Shown: in pieces, positions 11,504 through 19,583 of the stretch
How positions within the stretch are numbered: the stretch's first letter is position 1
Layout: each line of letters starts with the position of its first letter
Assembly (NCBI RefSeq): GCF_055900595.2
Contig: NZ_CM148325.1
DNA length: 64,000 nucleotides
Reading direction: 5' to 3' (one strand)
Program-made: the position numbers and the translations under genes
Notes under the pieces: model-generated
Databases searched by the model: none
Told to the model about the DNA's origin: nothing
What the model saw: only the letters and a program-made list of their open reading frames with translations

Positions 11504-12314
11504 TGTTTATTCCTTTAATCCAAAGGCACTCAGTTCTGATAACAGATCCTTTTTTACCAGCAGCGGCAGATTGCTTTGTCTCTTTACGCCAGCCGGTTAG
11601 CAAATCGTTATACATTTCGGTGTCGTAGCCGCTGATAACCACGCTTCCTTGTAACCGGGTGACGGTCTCCAGTAAGCGCAGGTGGGCACCATCGTCCATT
11701 TCGTGGCGATAATATTTGTTAGTCAGATTACGGGTGCTATGAACATACGGCGGATCGACAAAATGCAGCGTGTCGGCGGCGTCATGATCCAGAATACACT
11801 GGATGGCATCGCGGTTTTCCACCAGAACCCCTTCAAAACGCTGACCAACGGCGGCCAGATTATCGGGCATACGGCTCCAGATGTGTTGGGCCGTTCCACT
11901 GGCGCGTTTAGTGTCCAGCCGAAAGCCGGTAGTGCCTTTAGTTGCCCCGGCAGAACCGAAGCCCATCGTGGCGCGAATCACTAAACGCCTTGCCTGTTCA
12001 ACAGAATTTTTCCCATAGCGATAGGCCGAAATAAACTCGGTGCGGGAATAGGGTGTCAGGCTGCAGGCTTCAACCAGTCTTTCGCGCAGTTGTGGGGTAC
12101 GAAGAACGGCGAACAGGTTAACGACGTCGCCATCCAGATCGTTGTAAACCTCGGCGTAGCTACGTGGTTTTCTGAGCAGTACGCTGGCTGCACCGCCGAA
12201 GGGTTCCACATAGCATCTGTGGGCCGGAAAGTGGCTAATGATCCACGGAGCTAGTCGCCACTTGCCGCCGTGGTAGCGGATTGCAGGGTGCTTAATCATC
12301 CAGTTTTTCTCCAC
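11487..12314 (-). CDS. DNA adenine (N6) methyltransferase, Dam family (copy 1)
   Basis: SAM-binding motif YVEPFGGAASVLL and catalytic DPPY (FVDPPYVHSTRN). Confidence 0.8.
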   Translation of the reverse strand: MEKNWMIKHPAIRYHGGKWRLAPWIISHFPAHRCYVEPFGGAASVLLRKPRSYAEVYNDLDGDVVNLFAVLRTPQLRERLVEACSLTPYSRTEFISAYRYGKNSVEQARRLVIRATMGFGSAGATKGTTGFRLDTKRASGTAQHIWSRMPDNLAAVGQRFEGVLVENRDAIQCILDHDAADTLHFVDPPYVHSTRNLTNKYYRHEMDDGAHLRLLETVTRLQGSVVISGYDTEMYNDLLTGWRKETKQSAAAGKKGSVIRTECLWIKGINNENCH

Positions 12315-12891
12315 GCCGTTCTACGTTCAGGTGTCGCCACTGCACCGCAATCCGTTTCATCACCGCATTCCCCTCTGGGATCACCTCCTGCGGCTCCTTC
12401 ATCAACATGACCCGCCCCCGAATAACGATCAGCGCTTGTTCCAGCAGGCCATAGTCCAGATAACAGAGATCGGGAATATCCAGTTGCCACACATAGCCAT
12501 TCCATGCTGAAAGTAGCACTTGCGCGGCGGCGCGTCCGCCGCTGGTTTCTGTGAGCGCGATTTTGGCAAGTGTATTGACGGCTGCGCCATATTCCTCTGG
12601 CGTGACGCGGAGTTTCTGCTGGCTGTTATCTTCTTTTGCCAGCGTTAATAATCCAATCGGGTGTAATACGCCCAGCTCTTCCATCTTTTCTTTCAATGTT
12701 GCAGCTGTATTCCATCCAATTCTGAATTTGCGCTGCAGGCGGCTGATACTGATAATGCCTTCCGCCTCGGCCAGTTCGACCGCTTTGGGATAGAGTTCAT
12801 TGAGCCGATATTCGTAATCAGCGAAGGGCGCACCGCTATTCTCTGGCAGGCCAGAGAGTGTTTGTGAATTATTTCCAGAGGATTTCATCAT
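12292..12891 (-). CDS. Hypothetical protein with FtsK-gamma-like winged helix
   Basis: Segment IISISRLQRKFRIGWNTAATLKEKMEELGVL resembles the FtsK gamma-domain consensus (S.S.lQR..rIGynRAarl.e.mE..G); remainder unrecognised. Confidence 0.45.
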   Translation of the reverse strand: MMKSSGNNSQTLSGLPENSGAPFADYEYRLNELYPKAVELAEAEGIISISRLQRKFRIGWNTAATLKEKMEELGVLHPIGLLTLAKEDNSQQKLRVTPEEYGAAVNTLAKIALTETSGGRAAAQVLLSAWNGYVWQLDIPDLCYLDYGLLEQALIVIRGRVMLMKEPQEVIPEGNAVMKRIAVQWRHLNVERRGEKLDD

Positions 12892-12901
12892 AATTTCCTT
12901 T

Positions 12902-15559
12902 TTAACGTTGAAAAACCCAACACTTCACCGTCGCCGGGCGGCGCGGTGCGGCTGGGTAACGGCGGTTAAATTCAGCGTTGATGCCGCTGTTAACCGTTCT
13001 GACTTCAATAAACTTGTGGGTACGGCTGGTTTTTAGCACTCGCTTCAAATCGCTGATCGGCGGGATCTGCTGGCGGCGCTCGGTAGCCAGTTGAATAAAG
13101 TGGTTAAGGTTAACGGCGATAAGCTGTTCATCGCGCGAGTGGTTGAGCTGTGGTTCGTCGTCGCCATCGAGGAAGTCGAAAATATCCCAGAACTCCTGCA
13201 CCAGAGGATGGTCGGCGCTGATGGCCTGTTGGCGCTCCAGACTGAGGCGGATAAACATTTCTCTGGTCGCCTGTAGCTGCTCTTCCGTGACCGGAATAAC
13301 CAGCGCCAGCGCGTCGAGCAGCGCCATAAGCTGGGCGTGGTTTTTAATGATGCGGATATGGCGAATATCTGGGTGGGAGTGAAGTTGCTGCTCGTATAGC
13401 GGGATCTGACGGTTAACGCACTCCAGCACGGCCTGTTCCGCCAGCGCTGCCTTCAGCATAAAGCCGGAAAGCTGTTCTACCGGCAGGCGTTCGAGCTGCT
13501 CGGCAGCGACCTTGGTCTGAGTATTCTGGCCGCTGCGGTCGGTGTACAGGTGAATAATACGTTCCAGCACCGGGTTAGAGGCGCTAACATCGGCGTTTTG
13601 CGCAATCACAATCGCGCCCCGGAACGGCGGTTCATAGGTCTCGTTGCCGCTGTTACGCAGACCGCGAGAACGCACCGACCGCCCGTTATAGGCGGTTTTC
13701 AGCTCTTCCCAATCAAAGCCACGCTGCTTTGCCCCCTCCTGATTACGGTCACCCTCGATCAGCACCACCGGCATATTTGCTACCTGCGCAAAGTTGCGCG
13801 CGCGGGCGGCCAGCGTTGATTTAGACGGATCGAAACCTTCATAGTCGCGTCGGCCCAACAGTTTCCAGAGGAACTCTATCAGCGTGGTTTTACCGCTGCC
13901 GGGTTCGCCAACGATTTCCAGAAATGGAAAGCTCTTGTGCTTGTCGCGGATCTGTTCGGCAAACATCGTCCCAAACCAGTACGCCAGCGCCACAAACCCC
14001 TTTGCGCCAAACGCCTGCCAGAGTAGCTGGGGCCACTGGCTGTCCATCTGTTTTAAATTGTCGTTCAGCGTCAGGCTGACCGACTGGTTCAGGCTTTTAA
14101 GGCTAAGTTTGCCCATGTCGAAGAAGTCTTCTTCGTTGAGTGTGTACAGCCGACCATCGCGAACGGCCAGATCGTTGAACACGTAAGCGCGGTATTCTTT
14201 GCTGTAGCCGATAAAATCAGTGGTCTGGACAGTTTTGATTTTGGGAAGCTGCTTGAGCAGCAACTTATCTAACTGCTGACTGGTGCCGGTGAAGATGCCG
14301 CCCTGCGCGATATGCAGCAGGCGCTTTTTGAATTCTGAGCCGCTGGAAAGTTGGGAGCCGGTGAAGGTGTTTTTTATCGGTGGAGTGTCGTCGGGGAAGT
14401 TAATGCGAAAGTAATACCAGCTTTCGTCGGTAATGGTGTTGGCCTGATAGTAGAGGGCGGTCGGGTAGCAGTTGGCTATCTCAACAACGGCGGCTGACTC
14501 CTGTAGCGCTTTATGTTTGGCTTCTTCTTCGTCCAGCTCCTCTTTGCCGTTATACATCACGTTATCAAAGGCACGCATATAACGGTCAATATCCAGCTTG
14601 AACCAGTACAGGCGGCTGTCGAACTCGAAGTGAAACTCTTTGCGTTCGGTACGCTCATGCATCAGTAATGCTTTGGCATTCGGATTGGGAGCGATCAACA
14701 GTGAACCGTAGTAACGATATTTTTTAATCAGATCCGGGTTTAGCCGATCGCGCTGGTGCAAATCGTTCCAGTCCAGCTTGGTGCGGGAATAGGGCGTTTG
14801 TGCGGCGGTGGAAAGCCAGCCGTCGTCGCGGCTGCGTTTTACCCAGCGGCGGGTGTAATTCATGCCCGCTTTGTCGTTATCCAGCGCCCAGACCAGTAAA
14901 GGACGCTTTTTATCCACGAACAGCGCGGCCAGTTGGCTTAACGCCTGCGCCGGATAGTTGTTACAGGTCATCAGGGAAACGGCGGCAATGCCGTGGTGGT
15001 GCAGGGCGATAGCGTCAAAAATGCCCTCAACCAGCCAGATCTCCTGCTGTTCTTCCAGCTTAAGCGTTGGCAATTGCCACCATAGCCCGCTGTAAGCGCC
15101 GTGAAAATTGGCTTTGCGATCGCCGAAACGCTGTGGGCGGTCAACGATCCGCTCCCACCACACGCCGTCAGCCAGCGGGAAACGCACAGTGGCCGAGCCG
15201 AGATCGCGCCGTGCGTCATAGTAGTTCTCTTGAGCGTAACAGTTACGGAGCAGCGAAAGGTCAAAGCCGCGCATCTCGCGCAGGTAGGCATCGGCGGCGG
15301 CCTGTGGGTTTTCCGGGGTTGGGGGATATCTGTCTGACCAGCTTTCAAATAGATCCGGGTACACCTCTTTGATATGGATTTCGGCATTGCATTTATTCAG
15401 GCGACCGCAGCGCAGTACCCACGGGCTGATGGCGTAGGTGTACAGCTCTTTTTTCTGGCAGTCCGGGCAGACGCCCTGCCGCAGCCAGTCGCCCTGTTCT
15501 TTAAAGGAAAAATCGGCTAGCAGTCGCCGCGTAATTTCCTGATGAAGTTGTGGTTGCAT
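12902..15559 (-). CDS. Replicative primase-helicase (P4 alpha / HP1 Rep-like)
   Basis: N-terminal zinc-binding motif CPDCQKK ... CGRLNKC, TOPRIM-like EGIFDAIALHHHG and LDNDKAG (DxD), and Walker A GEPGSGKTTL. Confidence 0.75.
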   Translation of the reverse strand: MQPQLHQEITRRLLADFSFKEQGDWLRQGVCPDCQKKELYTYAISPWVLRCGRLNKCNAEIHIKEVYPDLFESWSDRYPPTPENPQAAADAYLREMRGFDLSLLRNCYAQENYYDARRDLGSATVRFPLADGVWWERIVDRPQRFGDRKANFHGAYSGLWWQLPTLKLEEQQEIWLVEGIFDAIALHHHGIAAVSLMTCNNYPAQALSQLAALFVDKKRPLLVWALDNDKAGMNYTRRWVKRSRDDGWLSTAAQTPYSRTKLDWNDLHQRDRLNPDLIKKYRYYGSLLIAPNPNAKALLMHERTERKEFHFEFDSRLYWFKLDIDRYMRAFDNVMYNGKEELDEEEAKHKALQESAAVVEIANCYPTALYYQANTITDESWYYFRINFPDDTPPIKNTFTGSQLSSGSEFKKRLLHIAQGGIFTGTSQQLDKLLLKQLPKIKTVQTTDFIGYSKEYRAYVFNDLAVRDGRLYTLNEEDFFDMGKLSLKSLNQSVSLTLNDNLKQMDSQWPQLLWQAFGAKGFVALAYWFGTMFAEQIRDKHKSFPFLEIVGEPGSGKTTLIEFLWKLLGRRDYEGFDPSKSTLAARARNFAQVANMPVVLIEGDRNQEGAKQRGFDWEELKTAYNGRSVRSRGLRNSGNETYEPPFRGAIVIAQNADVSASNPVLERIIHLYTDRSGQNTQTKVAAEQLERLPVEQLSGFMLKAALAEQAVLECVNRQIPLYEQQLHSHPDIRHIRIIKNHAQLMALLDALALVIPVTEEQLQATREMFIRLSLERQQAISADHPLVQEFWDIFDFLDGDDEPQLNHSRDEQLIAVNLNHFIQLATERRQQIPPISDLKRVLKTSRTHKFIEVRTVNSGINAEFNRRYPAAPRRPATVKCWVFQR

Positions 15560-15647
15560 TGCCAGTACCTTTATTCAGGTAATACTTACCCGTCGCATAG
15601 ACACGTTGTTTATGCGTTGTGGTTGTGAGTCTTTTATTTACTGAGCG

Positions 15648-15896
15648 TTACGCGATTTTCTGCTTTTGCAGAAATTGCCCGCGTGTGGATAGCGGTATGT
15701 GTATCTTAGGATTCGGGCAACCGCTGGGTACTACCGTTCCCATCACGGTCTCCATCGCGATAAATGAAAACGAACAGTTAACGTTCTTGCACTGGTAATA
15801 GAGCTTACGTACCAGCGGTGACATATATTCGCTGCTGCGAATTATCGCCTTACCGTCGCAGTGTGGGCATTTCATCATGTCCGATCTCCTTACCAC
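15648..15896 (-). CDS. ogr: Ogr/Delta-family zinc-finger late transcription activator
   Basis: CPHCDGKA ... YYQCKNVNCSFSF matches the Ogr/Delta C-x2-C ... C-x4-C zinc finger. Confidence 0.8.
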   Translation of the reverse strand: MVRRSDMMKCPHCDGKAIIRSSEYMSPLVRKLYYQCKNVNCSFSFIAMETVMGTVVPSGCPNPKIHIPLSTRGQFLQKQKIA

Positions 15897-16201
15897 TTTT
15901 AACTAACTGAAACACTAACGCTTTTCGTTAACGGACTGACGAAATAGTGTGATGCCGTTCAAAAAAATGATTCTTGCCATGCTGGACATCGAACGGTTCT
16001 GCTCCAGCGCTAATGCTTACAGTTCCGCGATTTCAGCGGGGAGCAGACGCATTGCCACCGGTTTGTTCGACATCACCCCGCGGGGTGCTCGTGAGCGTAA
16101 GACGTTCTCATTTGTTTTCATGGTGGTATATTGTGGTTATTAACATTACACAATCTATAATTCCCTCAATTGAGTGAATTGTCAATGGTAATTATATCCA
16201 A
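15897..16201. promoter_or_regulatory. Divergent switch region between ogr and the HTH repressor-like gene
   Basis: 305-bp non-coding region with AT-rich tract acaatctataattccctcaattgagtgaattgt (inverted ACAAT ... ATTGT ends) just upstream of the HTH gene. Confidence 0.4.
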
Positions 16202-16540
16202 ATGAAAGAATTTGGCATCCGTTTGAAGGAAGAACGTATCCGACTTGGCCTTGATCAAGACGGCTTTGGACAACTTGGGGGCGTGAAGAAAAACGCACAA
16301 AGTAACTATGAGAATGGACTGCGCAAGCCGGACAGTGACTATCTTGCTGGCATAGCGGCAGCGGGAGTTGATGTTCTGTATGTTCTAACAGGCAACCGCA
16401 CGCCTGTGGCTACGTTGTCCAGTAAAGAGAGTGTGTTGGTGGAGAACTATCGTTCTGCTACGCCAGAACACCAGTCCACCCTTGACACGGTTAGCGCTGC
16501 GCTTGCGCAACCGGGAGTAGGGAAAGCAGCTAAGGGATAA
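16202..16540 (+). CDS. HTH XRE/Cro-C1-type regulator, probable prophage immunity repressor
   Basis: N-terminal HTH FGIRLKEERIRLGLDQDGFGQLGGVKKNAQSNYENGLRKP; divergent from the early/late regulators; GC content like the phage backbone. Confidence 0.65.
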   Translation: MKEFGIRLKEERIRLGLDQDGFGQLGGVKKNAQSNYENGLRKPDSDYLAGIAAAGVDVLYVLTGNRTPVATLSSKESVLVENYRSATPEHQSTLDTVSAALAQPGVGKAAKG

Positions 16541-16580
16541 CGAGTAGAATGAATTTGGTTATTGTCTGTATGGAGGCAAA

Positions 16581-17153
16581 ATGAAGTTGAATAATCTGGT
16601 TGCTCTTTACAGGAACATGACAGAGCAAAAATTGGATAGGGTTAAATTCCCATACAGACACAATAATTTACATTTTGATGTATTTTTCTTTATTGATGGA
16701 AAACCGTTTGAGCTTCTTTTCGGAGCATTAGGCGCTAATCTTTGCTTTCGTCTAAAAGTCGAGAAGGGATTCGTCATAAATCCTAATCTGGGAAGTGAGA
16801 CTTATAAAGAATTATGCAAGGCGCTAGGTTTGAAATATGACCCTGCCAATCCATTTAGAACAAGTAAGTTTTTTGAAGATTTTGATGGGAAAATCCCTAC
16901 ATCGGTTACTGTTAAGAATAAGGCAAAATATACTGATATTGCTGTGCATGTCAGGGATGTTGAAGAAGCAGACAGAATATATTTCTGTGGATGGAAAAAC
17001 AACAATGAAGAAAAGAGTCATGTTACTGAAGATAATTTAAAGAAAACGAAAGAGTTTTTAGGGTATCAGGCTTTTCTTGTTTGTAAGGAAAAGAATATTA
17101 GCAGTAGATGGACTGATTTAGAAAATAAAGCAAAAGATTTTTATTTACCATAG
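16581..17153 (+). CDS. Hypothetical protein (cassette gene 1), no recognisable motif
   Basis: 190-aa ORF with RBS ggagg upstream, AT-rich codon usage, 40 bp downstream of the HTH gene. Confidence 0.5.
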   Translation: MKLNNLVALYRNMTEQKLDRVKFPYRHNNLHFDVFFFIDGKPFELLFGALGANLCFRLKVEKGFVINPNLGSETYKELCKALGLKYDPANPFRTSKFFEDFDGKIPTSVTVKNKAKYTDIAVHVRDVEEADRIYFCGWKNNNEEKSHVTEDNLKKTKEFLGYQAFLVCKEKNISSRWTDLENKAKDFYLP

Positions 17154-17167
17154 GATTGTGAGGTTAT

Positions 17168-18316
17168 ATGTCTGATATTTCATTAGGGTGCGTGGTTGTT
17201 CATAGGTTGATAAAAGAGCAACATAAAGATTTCGATCACTCAAAACCATATAGTCGCCGTGATACGGTTCTTGACCGAAATAATGAAATCGTAATTAAAC
17301 TAGTGTCCAGTATAGCCGCATTGTATGGTAAAAAATCTAATAGCTCGCATTATGGTATATTTAATTTAGATGAAACACGCAGGGGGCCTTTTCCAGCGGA
17401 ATTTGATAAATATCGGAATGATACATCCAAGAAGTTAGACGATGAATTGTTTATAGGATTATCAAAAAATGTTATGCATCAGTTATATATTGAGGCAAAG
17501 GATCGACCTGCTGCATCAGGAGGATTACTTCTTTTTGCTGATTATATCAGTAAATCCGTGCGTTACTTTCTTATTGCAATGATTAAGCAAAAGGAAGGTA
17601 TAGTTATTAGTGATAAATTAGAGCCAAAGGAGTTAGAGCATCTTGATCTGGCAAAACTAAACCAGGCGGCACGAATAAACTATGATTTGTATGATAAATA
17701 TATTTCCGCTGATGAGAATGAAAGACAGGATGTTAATTATTTAAGTTTTGTTAGTCCCAGTTCTAACCAGACAACTTCAGGGTATTTCATTACTGCCTTA
17801 GGTTGTGATAAAGGTAATACATCAACTAAAGCTACGAGTAATTTAATTAATGAATCTTTTAACTTCTTCAGAAATCATCAAGAATTAAAGGATAATGCCC
17901 GTAAATTTAAAAATGAAATTATTGAGTATTTATTCGATTGTTCTGAAAATAACATTTCAGCTAAGCTCTCTGTTGTTAGTGAGATGGCGGCGAAGCATAT
18001 GGTTAATTTAGAAGATGACATTAAAGATAAATTGTCAGAAGAATTATATGCTCATTTGAATAGTGAAAGTATTCGTGTGCCTGTGGAATTTAGGGTAAGC
18101 AAATCAGTAGTTAAGAAAAACAGAAATATTAAATATACAAGTGATAATGTTAATTTTGAGTTTAAATCTAGTTTACTAGGCAATACTCTTGATAATGAGA
18201 TATGCTATAATAAGAAAACTGGACATTTAACTTTTACTCGGATTACTCCTGAGAAAAAAAGTGAAATAGCTCAATTGCTTGATGAGTTAATAAAAGAAAG
18301 AAATAGCGAAAAATAA
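17168..18316 (+). CDS. NdpA/YejK-like nucleoid-associated-protein family member (cassette gene 2)
   Basis: N-terminal VVVHRLIKEQH and SGGLLLFADYISKSVRYFLIAMIK align by eye with YejK IALHQLIKRDE and [24 protein letters not shown] (sequence recalled from memory); further colinear similarity towards the C-terminus. Confidence 0.5.
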   Translation: MSDISLGCVVVHRLIKEQHKDFDHSKPYSRRDTVLDRNNEIVIKLVSSIAALYGKKSNSSHYGIFNLDETRRGPFPAEFDKYRNDTSKKLDDELFIGLSKNVMHQLYIEAKDRPAASGGLLLFADYISKSVRYFLIAMIKQKEGIVISDKLEPKELEHLDLAKLNQAARINYDLYDKYISADENERQDVNYLSFVSPSSNQTTSGYFITALGCDKGNTSTKATSNLINESFNFFRNHQELKDNARKFKNEIIEYLFDCSENNISAKLSVVSEMAAKHMVNLEDDIKDKLSEELYAHLNSESIRVPVEFRVSKSVVKKNRNIKYTSDNVNFEFKSSLLGNTLDNEICYNKKTGHLTFTRITPEKKSEIAQLLDELIKERNSEK

Positions 18317-18318
18317 GG

Positions 18319-18957
18319 TTGCTTAATATGTCATGTTTTGAAACGGTTGTTGAGCTTTTCAGATATGTAGGGCGTCCTAAATTTGATGCTATTAATAATC
18401 GTTTTTCAGCAACTATTTCTTATGATGCTCATATATATGAACTCTTAGTTTCTTTGCAACCTCATACAGCGTGGGGAGAAATTGAAGAGATTGTCATTGA
18501 TGATGTGGATATAGATGTTGATGATAGCCTTCCCGCTAAAGGAACATCAATAACACTGACAATCTCTATATCAACTGGAGCTAGTGAGTCATTTTTTATC
18601 GATATTAAAGATCTAATTCAAAAGTCTCCGATGTTAAATAGAGGTATTTTAAGAAAGTCTTTTTACTTGGTTGAGGAAGATTTTTATTTTAATGAAGGAA
18701 TGGTTGAGGGATTAGCAAAAATACCAGAACTATCTGTTTTAAAGAATCTTTGTGATTTTATTTTATGTCTATCAAAAGTTGCACACTACAGCAATAGTAA
18801 AAGTGATGATGTATGCCATAAGTTAGTTTTCTTGAAAAATACTAATGCTAAGTCATTACCTTTAATTATTGAAACTAATGTTGATTATTCACTTCTTTTA
18901 ACAGGTATTAAGGATTTAAAAATCATCGAATCTTTTTCTGATGAAAAAAAGCTATAA
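18319..18957 (+). CDS. Hypothetical protein (cassette gene 3)
   Basis: 212-aa ORF starting 2 bp after gene 2; acidic stretch IDDVDIDVDD; no recognisable motif. Confidence 0.5.
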   Translation: MLNMSCFETVVELFRYVGRPKFDAINNRFSATISYDAHIYELLVSLQPHTAWGEIEEIVIDDVDIDVDDSLPAKGTSITLTISISTGASESFFIDIKDLIQKSPMLNRGILRKSFYLVEEDFYFNEGMVEGLAKIPELSVLKNLCDFILCLSKVAHYSNSKSDDVCHKLVFLKNTNAKSLPLIIETNVDYSLLLTGIKDLKIIESFSDEKKL

Positions 18958-19001
18958 CGGATGATAATTATTTTGAGCGAAAAGGGATTTTCATTAATAC
19001 G

Positions 19002-19583
19002 GTGGTCGATTTTCTTGAATCAATCGATGTAAAGAAACAGTTTCATTTTTTATTCTGTGAGTGGGATGAATTTCTAAAACTATACCATAATAACCTCGGT
19101 GTATATCTTAGTGGTTTTTCATTTCATAAAGTAAGAAAGGAAGTGGCAGAGGCAGAAGCTAATTTAGCTGAGCGTTTTTCAAAAATAATGTCAGACATGA
19201 TAGCTAAGCTTTTAGGTATTCCTGTTTCTTTGGTTGCTACTTTTGGCATGATAAAATTAAATACCCTGCCGGAAATGTTAGTGGTTTTTTTAGGTGTATT
19301 GCTCACGTCGATAATTATGTTTTTTATTGTAAGAAGTCAATACACACAGTTTAGGATGATTTGTGATGCTAAAGATATTATATTTTCCCCATTAGTGAAA
19401 AAATCTGTAGGTTATACAGAAGATTTGAAAAAATTAGTATGCAATGCAAAGGATAATTTAGACAAAAATCAGGTCATGTTAAATCGTTACCTTCTTTTCT
19501 TTCAATGCTTATGCTGGATTCCGACAGCCTTAGGTGGTGGAATGATCTTAATGGCTATTATGGTTCATTTAGGATTACTATAA
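19002..19583 (+). CDS. Predicted membrane protein with two hydrophobic helices (cassette gene 4), putative effector
   Basis: Hydrophobic segments LLGIPVSLVATFGMI ... LVVFLGVLLTSIIMFFIV and LLFFQCLCWIPTALGGGMILMAIMVHLGL; 3' end overlaps the convergent gpD stop by 6 nt. Confidence 0.5.
   Translation: MVDFLESIDVKKQFHFLFCEWDEFLKLYHNNLGVYLSGFSFHKVRKEVAEAEANLAERFSKIMSDMIAKLLGIPVSLVATFGMIKLNTLPEMLVVFLGVLLTSIIMFFIVRSQYTQFRMICDAKDIIFSPLVKKSVGYTEDLKKLVCNAKDNLDKNQVMLNRYLLFFQCLCWIPTALGGGMILMAIMVHLGLL

Noticed and set aside
15949-16177. Two short plus-strand ORFs (64 and 67 aa) in the ogr-HTH intergenic region
   Set aside because: Overlapping frames in a likely promoter/operator switch region; no RBS and implausible composition.
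16581-19583. Considered whether the AT-rich cassette could be P2 A/B-like replication genes or an anti-repressor
   Set aside because: No rolling-circle initiator or helicase motifs, composition is foreign to the prophage, and replication is already accounted for by the primase-helicase; still requires profile searches to exclude fully.
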